Shown: piece by piece, positions 1-11,375 of the stretch
How positions within the stretch are numbered: the stretch's first letter is position 1
How the letters are laid out: the number at the start of each line of letters is the position of its first letter
Assembly (NCBI RefSeq): GCF_000315625.1
Contig: NW_005434533.1
Coordinates: 93,821 to 157,820 of the forward strand
DNA from: Guillardia theta CCMP2712
Taxonomy: Eukaryota; Protista; Cryptophyta
Direction of reading: 5' to 3'
Length of the DNA: 64,000 bases
Translations under genes and position numbers: made by a program
Notes under the pieces: generated by a model
Seen by the model: only the letters and a program-made list of their open reading frames with translations
Told to the model about the DNA's origin: nothing
The model's database searches: none

Positions 1-39
1 TACTCTCCTCTCCTCTCCATCTCCTCTCCTCTCTCTCAG

Positions 40-1107
40 CTTCTTTCAGAACGCCAAGTTCGTCGGTCCCTCCGGTTCTCTTCCTCCCCTCCTGGTACTC
101 GAGGCGGCGGCGGGCGAGCAGCCGCTGAGTCGCTGCCGACAGGTCAAGAGCCACGGGGGTCCCACAGCAGCCGCATCAACAGCCTTCAACCTCGGGATTC
201 AGGTGCTCCTCCTCCTCCTAACTCCTCCTAACTCTTCCTCCTAATTCCTCCTAATTCCTCCTCCTCCTCCTCCTCCTCCTCCTCCACTCTCATCCTCTTC
301 TTGCTGCTTTATTGTTCCCTTGCCCCCCTCCTCCTCTCCACCCTCCGGTGATCGTCCTACGCTCATGTTTCCCTCCACACCCTCCTCCTTCCTCTTGCTC
401 GTCTTGTCTCTCATCCTCCTTCAGTTCTGGACCAGCAGGGGCTATGCCGTAGCAGATGTGGACTACTCCGGGTCCTCGGGGTACGGCAGGAAATACCGTG
501 AGAGGCTCAAGGGGAATTGGGGAATCTATGATGTAGAAGACTGCTGCAGGTGTGCCATGCTCCTGACCTCTCTCCTCCTCTTCCCTGCTCCTATCTCTCC
601 TTCCTCCCTCCTCCTTCCCCGCACAGCATCTTCTCCCTTCTTCCTTCCTCCCTTCACTTCCTTCTTGCCTGCTTGCGCTTCACTTGTTCTCCACTCCTCT
701 GCTACCTCCTCCTCCCATGTACATCGCTCGCTCCTCCTCCTCCTCATCCTTGCCTTGCTCTTGGCTTCCTTTTCCAGTCCTTCTCTCCTCCTCTTCGCCT
801 TCTCACTCTGTTTCCACCAGCGCCGCCAAGTTCCTTGAGCAGCAAGGACTCGTTGACGGCAGCAAGATGGCCATTGATGGAGGAAGGTAAAGGAGGGAGG
901 GAGGAGTAGGAGATAGGAGGCAGGAGGCAGGAGGCAGGAGGCAGGAGGCAGGAGGGAGTGTCTTAGGTGGTGGAGGAGGGGAGGAGAGTCTGATCAGGGT
1001 ATGATCCAGTGCTGGCGGATACACCACCCTCTGCTGCTTGACCTTCAAGGATACTTTCAAGGTAGATACTGTTTCTTCCTCGCTGCTCCTCTTCCTAACC
1101 ACTCCTC

Positions 1108-1143
<36 letters not shown>

Positions 1144-3490
1144 CCCTTCGCCCCCTTCTCCCTCCCCCTCTTGCTCCTGCTCCTCCTTCCTCTCCCTCTG
1201 CCTCTTGTACGCCTGACGACGACCAGGCTGGCTGCTCCAGCTACGGCATCGGAGACCTCGAGACGCTCGCGAGCGACACGCACAAGTTTGAGAGTCGCTA
1301 CCTCGACTCACTCGTTGGACCCTACCCGGAGATGAAGGAGGAGTACCGGTGACCTCCTCCTCTCCTCCTCTCCTCCTCCTCTCCTCCTCCTGCTCTCCTG
1401 CTCTCCTGCTCTCCTGCTCTCCTGCTCTCCTGCTCTCCTCTTCGTCCTCGTTGTCCTCTTTCTCCTCCGTTTTCTCGATATCTTCTCCAACTCACGTTTC
1501 CTCCAGCAAGCGCTCCCCCATCAACTACGTCGAGCAGCTCAAGTGCCCGATCGCCTTCTTCCAAGGAGCTGAGGATCGAGTCGTTCCCCTCAACCAGGCC
1601 GAGGCCATGCACAAGGCCGTCAAGGTTAGGAGGACGAGGACGAGGAGAAGGGGGAGGGAGAGGAGGACGAGGAGGAGGGGGAGGGAGAGGAGGAGGAGTA
1701 GGAGGGGGAGGAGGAGGAGGAGGACGAAGAGAAGAAGGGGGAGGCACCCCCCCCCCCGAGGAGGAGGAGGGTTATGAGAAAAAAGATTAGGAGGAGGAGG
1801 GGGGGGGAGGGGCAGGAGCAGGAGGAAGACGATTAGTGCGCCCCCCCCCCCCCCCTCTGAAAAACGCACGGGGGGGGGCTAGTTTTATTCTTTTTTTTTT
1901 TTTCATTTTTTTCTTACTTTTTTTTTTTTTATTATTTTTATTTTTTTNNNNNNNNNNNNNNNNNNNNNNNNNNNNNNNNNNNNNNNNNNNNNNNNNNNNN
2001 NNNNNNNNNNNNNNNNNNNNNNNNNNNNNNNNNNNNNNNNNNNNNNNNNNNNNNNNNNNNNNNNNNNNNNNNNNNNNNNNNNNNNNNNNNNNNNNNNNNN
2101 NNNNNNNNNNNNNNNNNNNNNNNNNNNNNNNNNNNNNNNNNNNNNNNNNNNNNNNNNNNNNNNNNNNNNNNNNNNNNNNNNNNNNNNNNNNNNNNNNNNN
2201 NNNNNNNNNNNNNNNNNNNNNNNNNNNNNNNNNNNNNNNNNNNNNNNNNNNNNNNNNNNNNNNNNNNNNNNNNNNNNNNNNNNNNNNNNNNNNNNNNNNN
2301 NNNNNNNNNNNNNNNNNNNNNNNNNNNNNNNNNNNNNNNNNNNNNNNNNNNNNNNNNNNNNNNNNNNNNNNNNNNNNNNNNNNNNNNNNNNNNNNNNNNN
2401 NNNNNNNNNNNNNNNNNNNNNNNNNNNNNNNNNNNNNNNNNNNNNNNNNNNNNNNNNNNNNNNNNNNNNNNNNNNNNNNNNNNNNNNNNNNNNNNNNNNN
2501 NNNNNNNNNNNNNNNNNNNNNNNNNNNNNNNNNNNNNNNNNNNNNNNNNNNNNNNNNNNNNNNNNNNNNNNNNNNNNNNNNNNNNNNNNNNNNNNNNNNN
2601 NNNNNNNNNNNNNNNNNNNNNNNNNNNNNNNNNNNNNNNNNNNNNNNCCTCCCTCGCCTCGCCTCCCTCCGTCCCGTCCCTCCTTCCTCCTTCCTCCTCC
2701 CTGCCTGCCTCCCTCCGTCCCGTCCCTCCTTCCCTGCCCCCTCCCCCCTCTCGCCCTCATGGTCTTCTTCAGGTTTCCGCCAGGCCAAAAACATCCGAAC
2801 TGCTCTCGACGGCGAGCTCTTCTTCTTCAACTCCGCGTTCGGACTCAAGGCCACCATGCCGGGTGACCTCGATGTAAGATGACTCTTTCTCCCTCTCCTC
2901 TTCTCCTTCTCCTCTCCTTCACCCTGGGGCTGCTCCTCCTCTCCTCCACTCTTCTGGTGCTGGTGTTGAAGCCGCAGCAGGAAATCGTCATGGACAATTT
3001 TGATCCCTTCCTGCCCAATGAGCCGCGAGGATACGTCATCATCGAGGGCTACGAGCTCGAGTGCGGCCTTGAGTCGGGGATCGTGAGAGTGGTGACGATA
3101 AACTACATCCTCCCTCCTTCCTGCTACTGTCTGCCCTGTTCCTCCTCTATCTTCCACCTTCTTCTCCCCTTCCCTCCCCATCGCTCTCCTCCTGCCTCCC
3201 CCACTCTCCTCCTGCCTCCTGCCTTCTCCATTGCCTTTTGCCTTCCCCTCTCCTCGCATCCCACTGCTGCTCCCTCTCCCCTTCTCTCGTCAATCCTCCA
3301 TCTCCTTCACGCTCCTCCTCCCTCTTCTCCGATTCCTTCCCCTCCTTGCCCTCCTGACGAGCTTCAGATCGGCTACGAGAACGTCGAGGGAGCCGCATAC
3401 TTCCCGGAGGATCGAGCGGATCAGCAGGGCGGGATGATCTTCAAGGAGAAGAAATCGGACAAGATTGAGGACATAGTCGAGTGGTTGTAG
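40..3490 (+). CDS. S9 (prolyl oligopeptidase/acylaminoacyl-peptidase-like) serine peptidase, 3' part; multi-exon, 5' end outside window, one exon lost in gap
   Basis: Spliced exons give VKSHGGPT..., [37 protein letters not shown] (GxSxG, Ser codon split AG|T by an intron), [28 protein letters not shown]; stop TAG at 3488-3490. Confidence 0.9.
1948..2647. other. Assembly gap (N run) with low-quality homopolymer-rich flank
   Basis: 700 Ns. Confidence 0.99.
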
Positions 3491-3783
3491 GAGTCGACCC
3501 AGAGATAGAGCAAGTGCTGTAACCCTGGTGAAGGAGAGGAGAGGAGAGGAGAGGAGGGAGGAGCGGTGGGAGGAGAGAGAGGAGAGGCGAGCATGAGCAA
3601 GTGTAGGTAAAGGTGAACACCCTTCACTGCACGATAAGACGTTTTTCTTCAACACACGAGCATGCGATCAGTTACCATCGCACGGCACATGTAAGTACTC
3701 GCCATCTTTCGATACTTTCTGAAACCTCGACATAAATAATAAGCACAAGACGAAGCGGAGGAGACAGCACGTGACGGAGCAGG

Positions 3784-4716
3784 TCAGATCACGAACCCCT
3801 CCAGCTCCTTGGCTGTCTCCAGGACCTTCTCGGACTGTCGAAGCTCTTCCTCTAGAGAGCTCAGCTTCTTCTTCGTTTCCGCTGCTTCCTTCGACGCTTT
3901 GGACGACTGTGCGTTCGCATCCTCGTTCCTCTGCTTCGCCTTCTTTGCCAGGCCTTCTCGCTCTTTCGCCAGCGTCTGCGCCTTGTTCGCGACGTCTCTC
4001 GCCTCCTTCGCTGCTTTCTCGAGCTCCTTCGCTCGCTCCTCTGCTGCCTTCGCCTCCATGGCCGAGATGTCGTGAAGCTTCTGCGTCTCCTCCATCTCCT
4101 TCTTTGCCACCTCCGCCTCCTTGTTCAAGTTCTTCTCCTGCGCCTCCAGCTCCGCGTGCGACTTCTTCATCTCAGCCACCTGCTTCTGCAGCTCCGGGAT
4201 AGACTCCATCACCCGAAACTTCTTCGACCATGCGCTCACCAACGACTTGAACTTCTCCCCGTCCTCTGAGGTGACCAGACTCTTCGACACTGGAGCCAGG
4301 GCAGGGTCTGCAATGTCAACCTTAGAGTCGTACGTCACTCGGTAGATCTTCTCATCTGCATCGAAGAGCACTCCTTCGATCGGACAGTCGCTCACAAACT
4401 TCCCTTGAAAGCACCGCCCGTCCGGCCATAGCCATCTCCCCTGTCCGGTAATCTCGTCATCTTTCCATTCCCCCTCGTAGATACGTCCGTTGCTCCATGT
4501 GTTCAGCCCCCTCCCCTCCTTTTTGTCGTCCTTCCATTCACCCTCGTAAGTTCCTCCCCACTTCTCCTCCATCTTCCCCCGTCCGTTCTTCTTGTCCCCC
4601 TTCCAGCTCCCGGTATACACCCCTCCCCAGGAATACTCTTGAGTACCATCGCCATCCCTCTTGCCATTCTTAAGATCGCCTGTGTACTTGCCGTCGGAAA
4701 AGTGCTTTTCCTTCAT
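3784..4716 (-). CDS. MORN-repeat protein with C-terminal coiled coil
   Basis: Repeats YTGDLKNGKRDGDG, YTGSWKGDKKNGRG, YEGEWKDDKKEGRG, YEGEWKDDEITGQG, followed by ~130 aa of E/K/A-rich heptads. Confidence 0.88.
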   Translation of the reverse strand: MKEKHFSDGKYTGDLKNGKRDGDGTQEYSWGGVYTGSWKGDKKNGRGKMEEKWGGTYEGEWKDDKKEGRGLNTWSNGRIYEGEWKDDEITGQGRWLWPDGRCFQGKFVSDCPIEGVLFDADEKIYRVTYDSKVDIADPALAPVSKSLVTSEDGEKFKSLVSAWSKKFRVMESIPELQKQVAEMKKSHAELEAQEKNLNKEAEVAKKEMEETQKLHDISAMEAKAAEERAKELEKAAKEARDVANKAQTLAKEREGLAKKAKQRNEDANAQSSKASKEAAETKKKLSSLEEELRQSEKVLETAKELEGFVI

Positions 4717-5164
4717 CGCCCTGCCAGGACATGTCAGAGAGCCTCTTTACAGGATCAAAATCCATGACTTGACAGCGAATCCGTCCCTTCAAAAAACACA
4801 GCCCTAGGATCTTGATACTAGGATACAACCATTTCACACACATGGAGTTACAAATCATGATCAAGATTGCTGGAGGCTCGTCACAGCAAGGTATTCCTAT
4901 GGCAACTCAACATTGCATGACACCTTTGGACTGACAAGCAGGAGGGTTGAGCGACTGAGAAAACACTAGCAACGTCGTACAACAAAGGCGGGAATCGGCA
5001 ATGAGTTACATGCTACCAATCAATCCAAGTTTCTCATTCACTCCTCTTGCTCCCTCCTCTCCTCCCTCCCTCCCTCCCTCCCTCCCTCTCTCCTCTCCTC
5101 TCCTCCTTGCGACTCTCTGGCCACCATTTGCAGCTGCCCCTCGGGTTGAACGGCGGGAACATAA

Positions 5165-5300
5165 AACTGCTCTCGTGTCACCGGTAACGTGAATTGTAAC
5201 GTCTAATAACTGTTATGTAACTCTCATAACTGCCGGATGGCTGGTTAAGTAAATGATTTTACGGTAGATTAACTAAAACTTAGTACCCTGTATTTGTTAC
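5165..5300. promoter_or_regulatory. Divergent promoter (MORN / ClpR) with cluster of TAAC/GTTA words
   Basis: gtaacg, gtaacg, ataactgttatgtaact, ataactg, ttaact, gttac within ~130 bp between head-to-head genes. Confidence 0.4.
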
Positions 5301-5360
5301 TTCTCAAGCACCCCACCCCCTTTTCAGGACTTCCACCACCCCACCACAAACAGCTCAGCC

Positions 5361-6798
5361 ATGGCCGCTCGATGCCTGCTTGCCATGATGGCGGCAACCG
5401 GCGCCTACGCCTTCATGGCCCCACCCTCCTCCTCCCCTGGACTCCTAGCTAATCCTAGAGCTCCCTCGACACCAGTACCCTCCAGCCTGCGCGGATTCCG
5501 AAGAAACGCAGCTGGTGGGCTCAGGATGGGAGGTTCCAATGTACCGCGTGTGCCATATAAAGCGCCGGGGGATCAAGTCTACCAGGCAAGTGCTTGTTGG
5601 GACGAGGAGAGAGATACAGCGAGGAAAGAGATACACGGAGGGGGGATGAGGGAGGGAGTGAGGGAGGGGATGAAGCAGGTGACGGTGAAGGGAGGGTGGG
5701 ATGGAGGGGATAGGGTGAGGGGGCGAAGAGGAGGCAAGGAGGGGGCGAGGTTGCCGATAGAAGATTGAGAACAGCGCATTGAAAGCTTTCAATACCGAGC
5801 TCACCATTCTTAGAGTTTAGAGGTCTACCAGCTCTGAAATTGTTGTCTCCTCTAGTTCATGGATATCTGGAATCGCATGTACAGAGAGCGCATTCTATAT
5901 ATCGGACAAGATCTCGACGATGAGTTCGCCAACCAGGTTGGCTTTCTCTGGCATGCAGAGTCAAAGTTGTGATTCTGGGATTAGATGATTGCGGTTTTGC
6001 TCTGGCTGAACAACGAGGATGCTACCCAAGGAGTGCAGATGTACTTCAACTGTCCTGGCGGAGAGGTAGTCAGCCTTGCTGGGAATCTGCAGTATTTACA
6101 CTCAGCGATGATTGTATGCGACAGGTCCGTGCTGGACTTGCAGTTTATGACACCATGAACAACATGGACTTTGACGTCACGACCCTCAACCTGGGGATCG
6201 CAGCCTCCATCAGGAAAGTTACCACGCAATTTGTATGTACGTCTTGACAGTTCTTCCCTCAGTGCCTTCCTCTGCGGTGCCGGAAAGAAGGGACAGCGAA
6301 TGGCCTTGCCTAACGCTCGCTTCCTCCTTCAGAATCCCAAGCTTGAGGATATGGGACTCTCCCAGGTAAGGGATAGTGGTGGAACCGTGGAGGTGTTTGT
6401 CTTCGACATTTGAGGGCCGACAGGTGTTGTATGGACAAGCATCTGACGTATCGATCGAGGCGACCGAGATTCTACGAATGCGTGAGAAGGTGTTCAAGGT
6501 GTGTTCGAATCATGGATGAGAATAGGAATCGTACATTGTATTGTAACTTCAGCCCTACAGGGACTTTCAAGATTTACTGGCCGGAAATACGAGGATATTC
6601 GAAATGACCTGACCCGCGATCTCTACCTGACTGCTCCTGAGGCCGTAGAATATGGATTGATTGACAAGGTTGTCTTCGTTGAGGGCTAACAGTCAAAGCC
6701 TAATTTCCCTTTGCCAGGTTCTCCTGCCCCTGAAGCGTACGGAGCAGGAAATCAAGAAGTACATCGGAGAAGATAACAGAAACTTTGGAAGGATCTAA
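5361..6798 (+). CDS. clpR: Plastid-targeted Clp protease subunit, probably non-catalytic ClpR type
   Basis: Signal peptide ending AYA|F plus transit peptide; exons give VPRVPY...YQ|[55 protein letters not shown] (catalytic His position is Q), [20 protein letters not shown]. Confidence 0.85.
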
Positions 6799-7097
6799 AG
6801 AGTATTGCGAGGTCATCGGGTGTTCTTTGACATGCTTGGAAAAGCGTAAACAGCTATTGCGCGTGTGGAACCTGCTGAAATTAAATTTTCAAAGTAAGTG
6901 CGCAAGCGTTCTTACAACTGTTCCACATGGTTAAGGAGAGAAACACGTTGAAAGATCTAGTGCCAAATGTCTTGGAAGAAAGCATGGTCGTACTCAGATG
7001 TGGTAACTCGATAGCTCATTCACAGTAACTTTATTGATCAACCAACCAAAAATGACCCAAACTTTTCACTAGACTCCTTTTAAGAAATACATGAGGT

Positions 7098-7859
7098 TTA
7101 CATGACGGTGTCAGGGCGCTTGGCCTCCCACTCCTTCACCTTGGGGTGGTTGGCAACAGCCTCAACCACAGCCTTCATCTTGGGGCACTTCTCCTGCAAA
7201 CACATAAAAGTAACCACTTCGTTGTTCTAAGGCAGATGAATATTACCCAAGCAGCCTTGTTGGCAGCCTTGTCGTCAAAGAAGAAGATGGCAAGGTAGTA
7301 GATTCCAATGTCAGCAAGAGAGAGCTTGCTTCCAACAGCGCATCCATCCTTCTTGGAGGTCAAGGCAAGCGACTTCTCGAGCTTTCCGTACCACTGCGAT
7401 AATGTCACCATAACAAACTTGAAGCGTGTGGAACAAGCTTACAGTGGGGAGATCAGTGGAAAACCACTTCTCGATGGCCTCCTTCTTGGCGGCCTCGTCG
7501 GTGATGCTCCTGGGCTTCTGGTAGGCATCGACGATGTCCTTAACGTGCTCGAAGGCGGCGTCAACCTGGGCAGCCTCGATGTCGTTGTCACCCATGAAAC
7601 CGTACTTGCGGGCAACATATCTGGCGATGGGGCGGGACTGACCAATGACTTGTCCATCGATCTCGAGGAGGGGGATGCGGCCCATGTTCATGTCGAAGAC
7701 ACCCTTGGCCTGGTCAGCGTCGAACTCAGGGCGCTTGAAGCCATTAGCCACATCGATCGGGTAGCGGTTATCCTCGTACTCGACTCCAGCGATGTGGAGC
7801 ATGTAGCGAGTGTGCTCGGCGAGACCTCTAAGGTTGAAGTAGGTAAGCTTGATCGTCAT
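7098..7859 (-). CDS. GST: Glutathione S-transferase (sigma-like)
   Basis: KLTYFNLRGLAEHTRYML, GRIPLLEIDG...GQSRPIARY, GSKLSLADI; two short introns near the 3' end; stop at 7098-7100. Confidence 0.93.
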
Positions 7860-8280
7860 GGCGGACTGTCGTAAGCTCTTCGGGGAGATCCTCTGGATTA
7901 TATAGCAGGGGGAGGGGAGGATGGTACCGGTACTTCACATGGGAATCTGAGGGGTACAATTGTGTTTTACCAAAGTGTTTATAAGGTATAAGGCCAGCAT
8001 TTTAGGGGGATGCCAGTCTCCCCAGGGCGGTGGGTCAATAGCAAACGGTGGGTGGTTTCAGGTATAAATAGGGGTGGGGTACTTCCAACAATGGTCAAGC
8101 ACGTAAAGACTGGGGGTGGGGTAACCTTTGCCAGCGCAACCAAGTCCTTACTACCGGTCATTTTACCCGAGAGGAATAAGATATGAAAGGGGTGGGGTGG
8201 GGGCCAAGGAAGAGTCGCAACTATCATTGCAAAACGGCATTCAATCACCTTCACCAGTAATAATAATTCTCTCACTTCAG

Positions 8281-8610
8281 AGACCGTCCGGTCCGAGCCC
8301 CGGGAGTCCGGCGGACTGCCAGGGTCGCCCGGCCCGGCCCGTTCCGAAGAGTACCCGTGGCAGCGGCCGGGCCGCAGGTGACGGTGCCCGGCGCCCGGGA
8401 CTGTCAGTTTTGCTGATGAAGGCTTTGACTCAGGCAACTTTGAGTAAAGACGGTTCTGGGAATCTCACTGCTCTCGGAGCGGCTCCCGGCGGAGTCCCGG
8501 CCCGGGCCCGGAGGCTCAGTGACCGTCAGCCGTACCGTGACTACGGTACCCAGTGTACAGTCACACCGTGGTATCGGCCCGGCAAACGGGGCCGGGTGCG
8601 CCGGTAAGTT
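8281..8610. other. GC-rich palindromic-word island (one of eight)
   Basis: ccggcccggcc, ccgggcccgg, cggtacc, cggccg, gtgacgg/ccgtca words in non-coding DNA between divergent genes. Confidence 0.6.
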
Positions 8611-8711
8611 CCGGGTGGGTTATGAGGGTTATGCAATCTGTCCTTTGGGATGCGATGATGGCTTGTGTTGAATAGCGCTTCCTCTAACTATGAAGTCCTT
8701 CGCTCACGCTA

Positions 8712-8815
8712 TCCTCTCCTCCTCTCCTCCTCTCCTCCTCTCCTCCTCTCCTCCTCTCCTCCTCTCCTCCTCTCCTCCTCCCCTCGTCCTCCTCTCATCC
8801 TCTCCTCTCCTCCTC
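8712..8815. repeat. 11-mer (CTCCTCCTCTC)n simple repeat
   Basis: Tandem ctcctcctctc; the same unit recurs as the complement at ~25140-25190 and ~54020-54095. Confidence 0.8.
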
Positions 8816-9480
8816 ATTTCATCCTCCTCCTTTTCTGCCTCCTCTCCTCCTCTCATCCCTATCACCTACCCCTGTTCCCTTGTCTCTCTTGGTCTCTTGG
8901 CTTCTTTTCCTTCCTCACCCTCATTCTCCTCTCACTTCCCTCGCCTTCCCCTCGACCTCAACTCCAACAACTTATTCAACCCACTTCCCTTCTCCACTTC
9001 ACTATACCTATCCATCCCCTCATCCCCTGCTGTATTTCACCCTTTCCTCCCTTTATCTCGTTCCCGTTCCTCTTCCAAACATTCCTCCCTTCTCCACATT
9101 GCTTCCTAACCAATCACCTTCCGCCTCCCCTTCTCTCACCCCATCGTCTATTCTATCTTTTGTTGCTCTAGCCTAGACGTGCTCGCTTCTTCATTCACCG
9201 TCCACTCTACGTTGTTTGGAACTTCCTTGCCTTCCTTGCACTTCTTCTTGTGTTTTACCACACATTTTGTCATTGCAAGGTTGAGAAAGTATTTGTCTTG
9301 TTTACTTTCCCTCATATTGCTCTGGACATCAATGTCTTAATTTTGCCCTGATTATCTGCTCTGTTACCTACACTCTTCTGTGGCTTTGCGCTCCCTGAGC
9401 AATTTGCACAGGATGATGGTTTTGACTTGTCTCTGTTAGGTCCAGAGAGATGACGGGGAAGTAAAGCTGATCGAAGAGAC

Positions 9481-10611
9481 ATGTCATCGCAGCCCGAGCC
9501 TGAGTTGACCAGCCGCCAGTATCAACGCAAGGTGGCCGCTGAATTCACCGGCTCCCTCCTGTTTCAGTTCCTTGCCGGAGTTGCCGCCTTGTCCAGCGTC
9601 AAATATGGCCTAGCTGCTGCTGCGCTTGGTATTGGCTTCAGCTACATGGTCATATCGTTTGCGCTGCGCGGCATCAGTGTTGGGCATCTGAACCCCGCTG
9701 TGACTGTTTCCCTCCTCGTTACACAACCCAAGGGGTACAACATTGACTGGGTTCTGTGCTGCATGTACATCACAGCACAGATCATCGGCTCCATCATCGG
9801 CATGTTCATGGTGGTTTTCCTCATCCCGATGGACACCCCGCCCTGCAACAATCCTGACGGCTGCAACCCTGTCGATCCTCTTGTCTACTACAGCCTCTTC
9901 ATGGCTCGTGGGACCCTGACTGGCTCGCACGGCCTCTCTGGTGAGTGGAAGCCTGCTTGCCCCTTGTATCTGCAGTTAATGCGCAATGGCAGTGTTCCTC
10001 ATGGAGTTCTTCTGTACCTCGGCTCTGGTCTGGGTGTTCTACGGAACTTCTGTTGATCCCCATGGCAAGGTGAGTTACAATCTCGGAGGAGGATCGAGAT
10101 GTGACAAGTTGGTTCGATAGGCGCACAACCTAGCTCCTCTTGCAATCGGTTTTGCCATGATAGTCGGTGTCTTTGCAGAAGGACCTGGGACTGGAGGTAA
10201 GGAGAACCCTACGTGACGGAGAGAACGTGCCCAACTGAACCTTTTCTTCGTCAGCGAGCATGAGCCCAGCGAGATCTTTGGCTCCTGCCGTTGTTAAGGG
10301 GAGCTATGAGTATCTCTTTGCTCCCTTGGCGGCCACCCTGCTAGGTGCAGTAGGTTCCGTCGCACTGCATAGCAGCTGACTTGAGCTTTCAGCTGGCATC
10401 GTGACGGGGTTGGTGTACAATTATTTATTCTTATTCGACGAGCACGTTCCCGATCTGTAAGTGACTTCTCCTCCTCCTCTTCGCGTCCTCTTACAAGCTC
10501 TGATCTCCTTCTGTGCCCCTCAGATACCACATCACTGCTGCGCCAGGACAGCACGATGCCGAGGGCTATCAGAGCAAAATCAAGGGCGGTGACGGCTACT
10601 CAAGACTGTAG
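9481..10611 (+). CDS. Aquaporin / major intrinsic protein with NPA + SPA motifs
   Basis: AAEFTGSLLF, GHLNPAVT, YITAQIIGSIIG, FLMEFFCT, APLAIGF, ASMSPARSLAPAV; ends GDGYSRL* at 10609-10611; in-frame stop upstream supports ATG 9481. Confidence 0.9.
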
Positions 10612-10731
10612 CTCCTCAACTTGCCTTCTCGCCACATGCATGAACAAACTTCTCTCACACACTCAGTGTAAACCTTAAACATGGTACGTAAAATCACAAA
10701 ACCGCGTCCATCGTTGCAGTGGCAAGCACAG

Positions 10732-10908
10732 TTAGAACTTGTCCTCTTTCGATCGCTCTTCAAGCATTTTCCGTTTCCTCTCAGCATCGGCTTCATATGG
10801 CGACGGAATTTCCGAGAACCCGCGAGTATCGTGTTCTAACTGCATGTACAACATCGCAGCGATGGGAACAAAACCAGCTAAGAGCAAGGCTGGGGCAGCG
10901 AAGACCAT
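10732..10908 (-). CDS. Possible small single-pass membrane protein
   Basis: MVFAAPALLLAGFVPIAAMLYMQL followed by a charged tail; canonical-looking intron just upstream; no homology recognised. Confidence 0.3.
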   Translation of the reverse strand: MVFAAPALLLAGFVPIAAMLYMQLEHDTRGFSEIPSPYEADAERKRKMLEERSKEDKF

Positions 10909-11375
10909 GATTCGAGGAAGTCTCAAAACTTATCGAGGTACCTGCGGGCATCGTATCACTTTCCTCCACCCATTGGCTCACCATCAGCAACGAGTGCGCG
11001 GCAGCAAACACAGAAGGAGCATGGAGATAGAAATCAGAGCAAGAAGAACAAGCTGGATGTAGCAAACAGTGAAAGGAAGTTTTCTAACTCTAGCACTCTA
11101 CAAACCCATGCTGACCCCGGCCTCTTGCTTCCGCAACCTCTGACTCTTTTCACACTCTCATCTGTGTGAGCATATCCATAACCTGTTCTGATCATCAACC
11201 CGATCAATGTTTCATATCATGCCATGCTATCCGTCTCGTCTCCCTCGCCCCCTCTCATATCCGCCTCTTCTACAGCCAGCATCTTCAAGTGTCACCATGT
11301 AACCGTCTAGTAACGAACGTTATATCTTCTACTGTATAATTATGTATATCGTTATACAAATATTAATCAAGCGCA

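Noticed and set aside
1787-3259. Long ORFs spanning the N run
   Set aside because: Artefacts of Ns and stop-free low-complexity sequence
8665-9176. Leu/Ser/Pro-rich ORFs
   Set aside because: Translations of CT-rich repeat sequence, probably 5' UTR intron of the aquaporin
10926-11090. In-frame TGA codons suggesting selenocysteine or readthrough upstream of the small membrane ORF
   Set aside because: No recognisable selenoprotein motif or SECIS; more likely UTR
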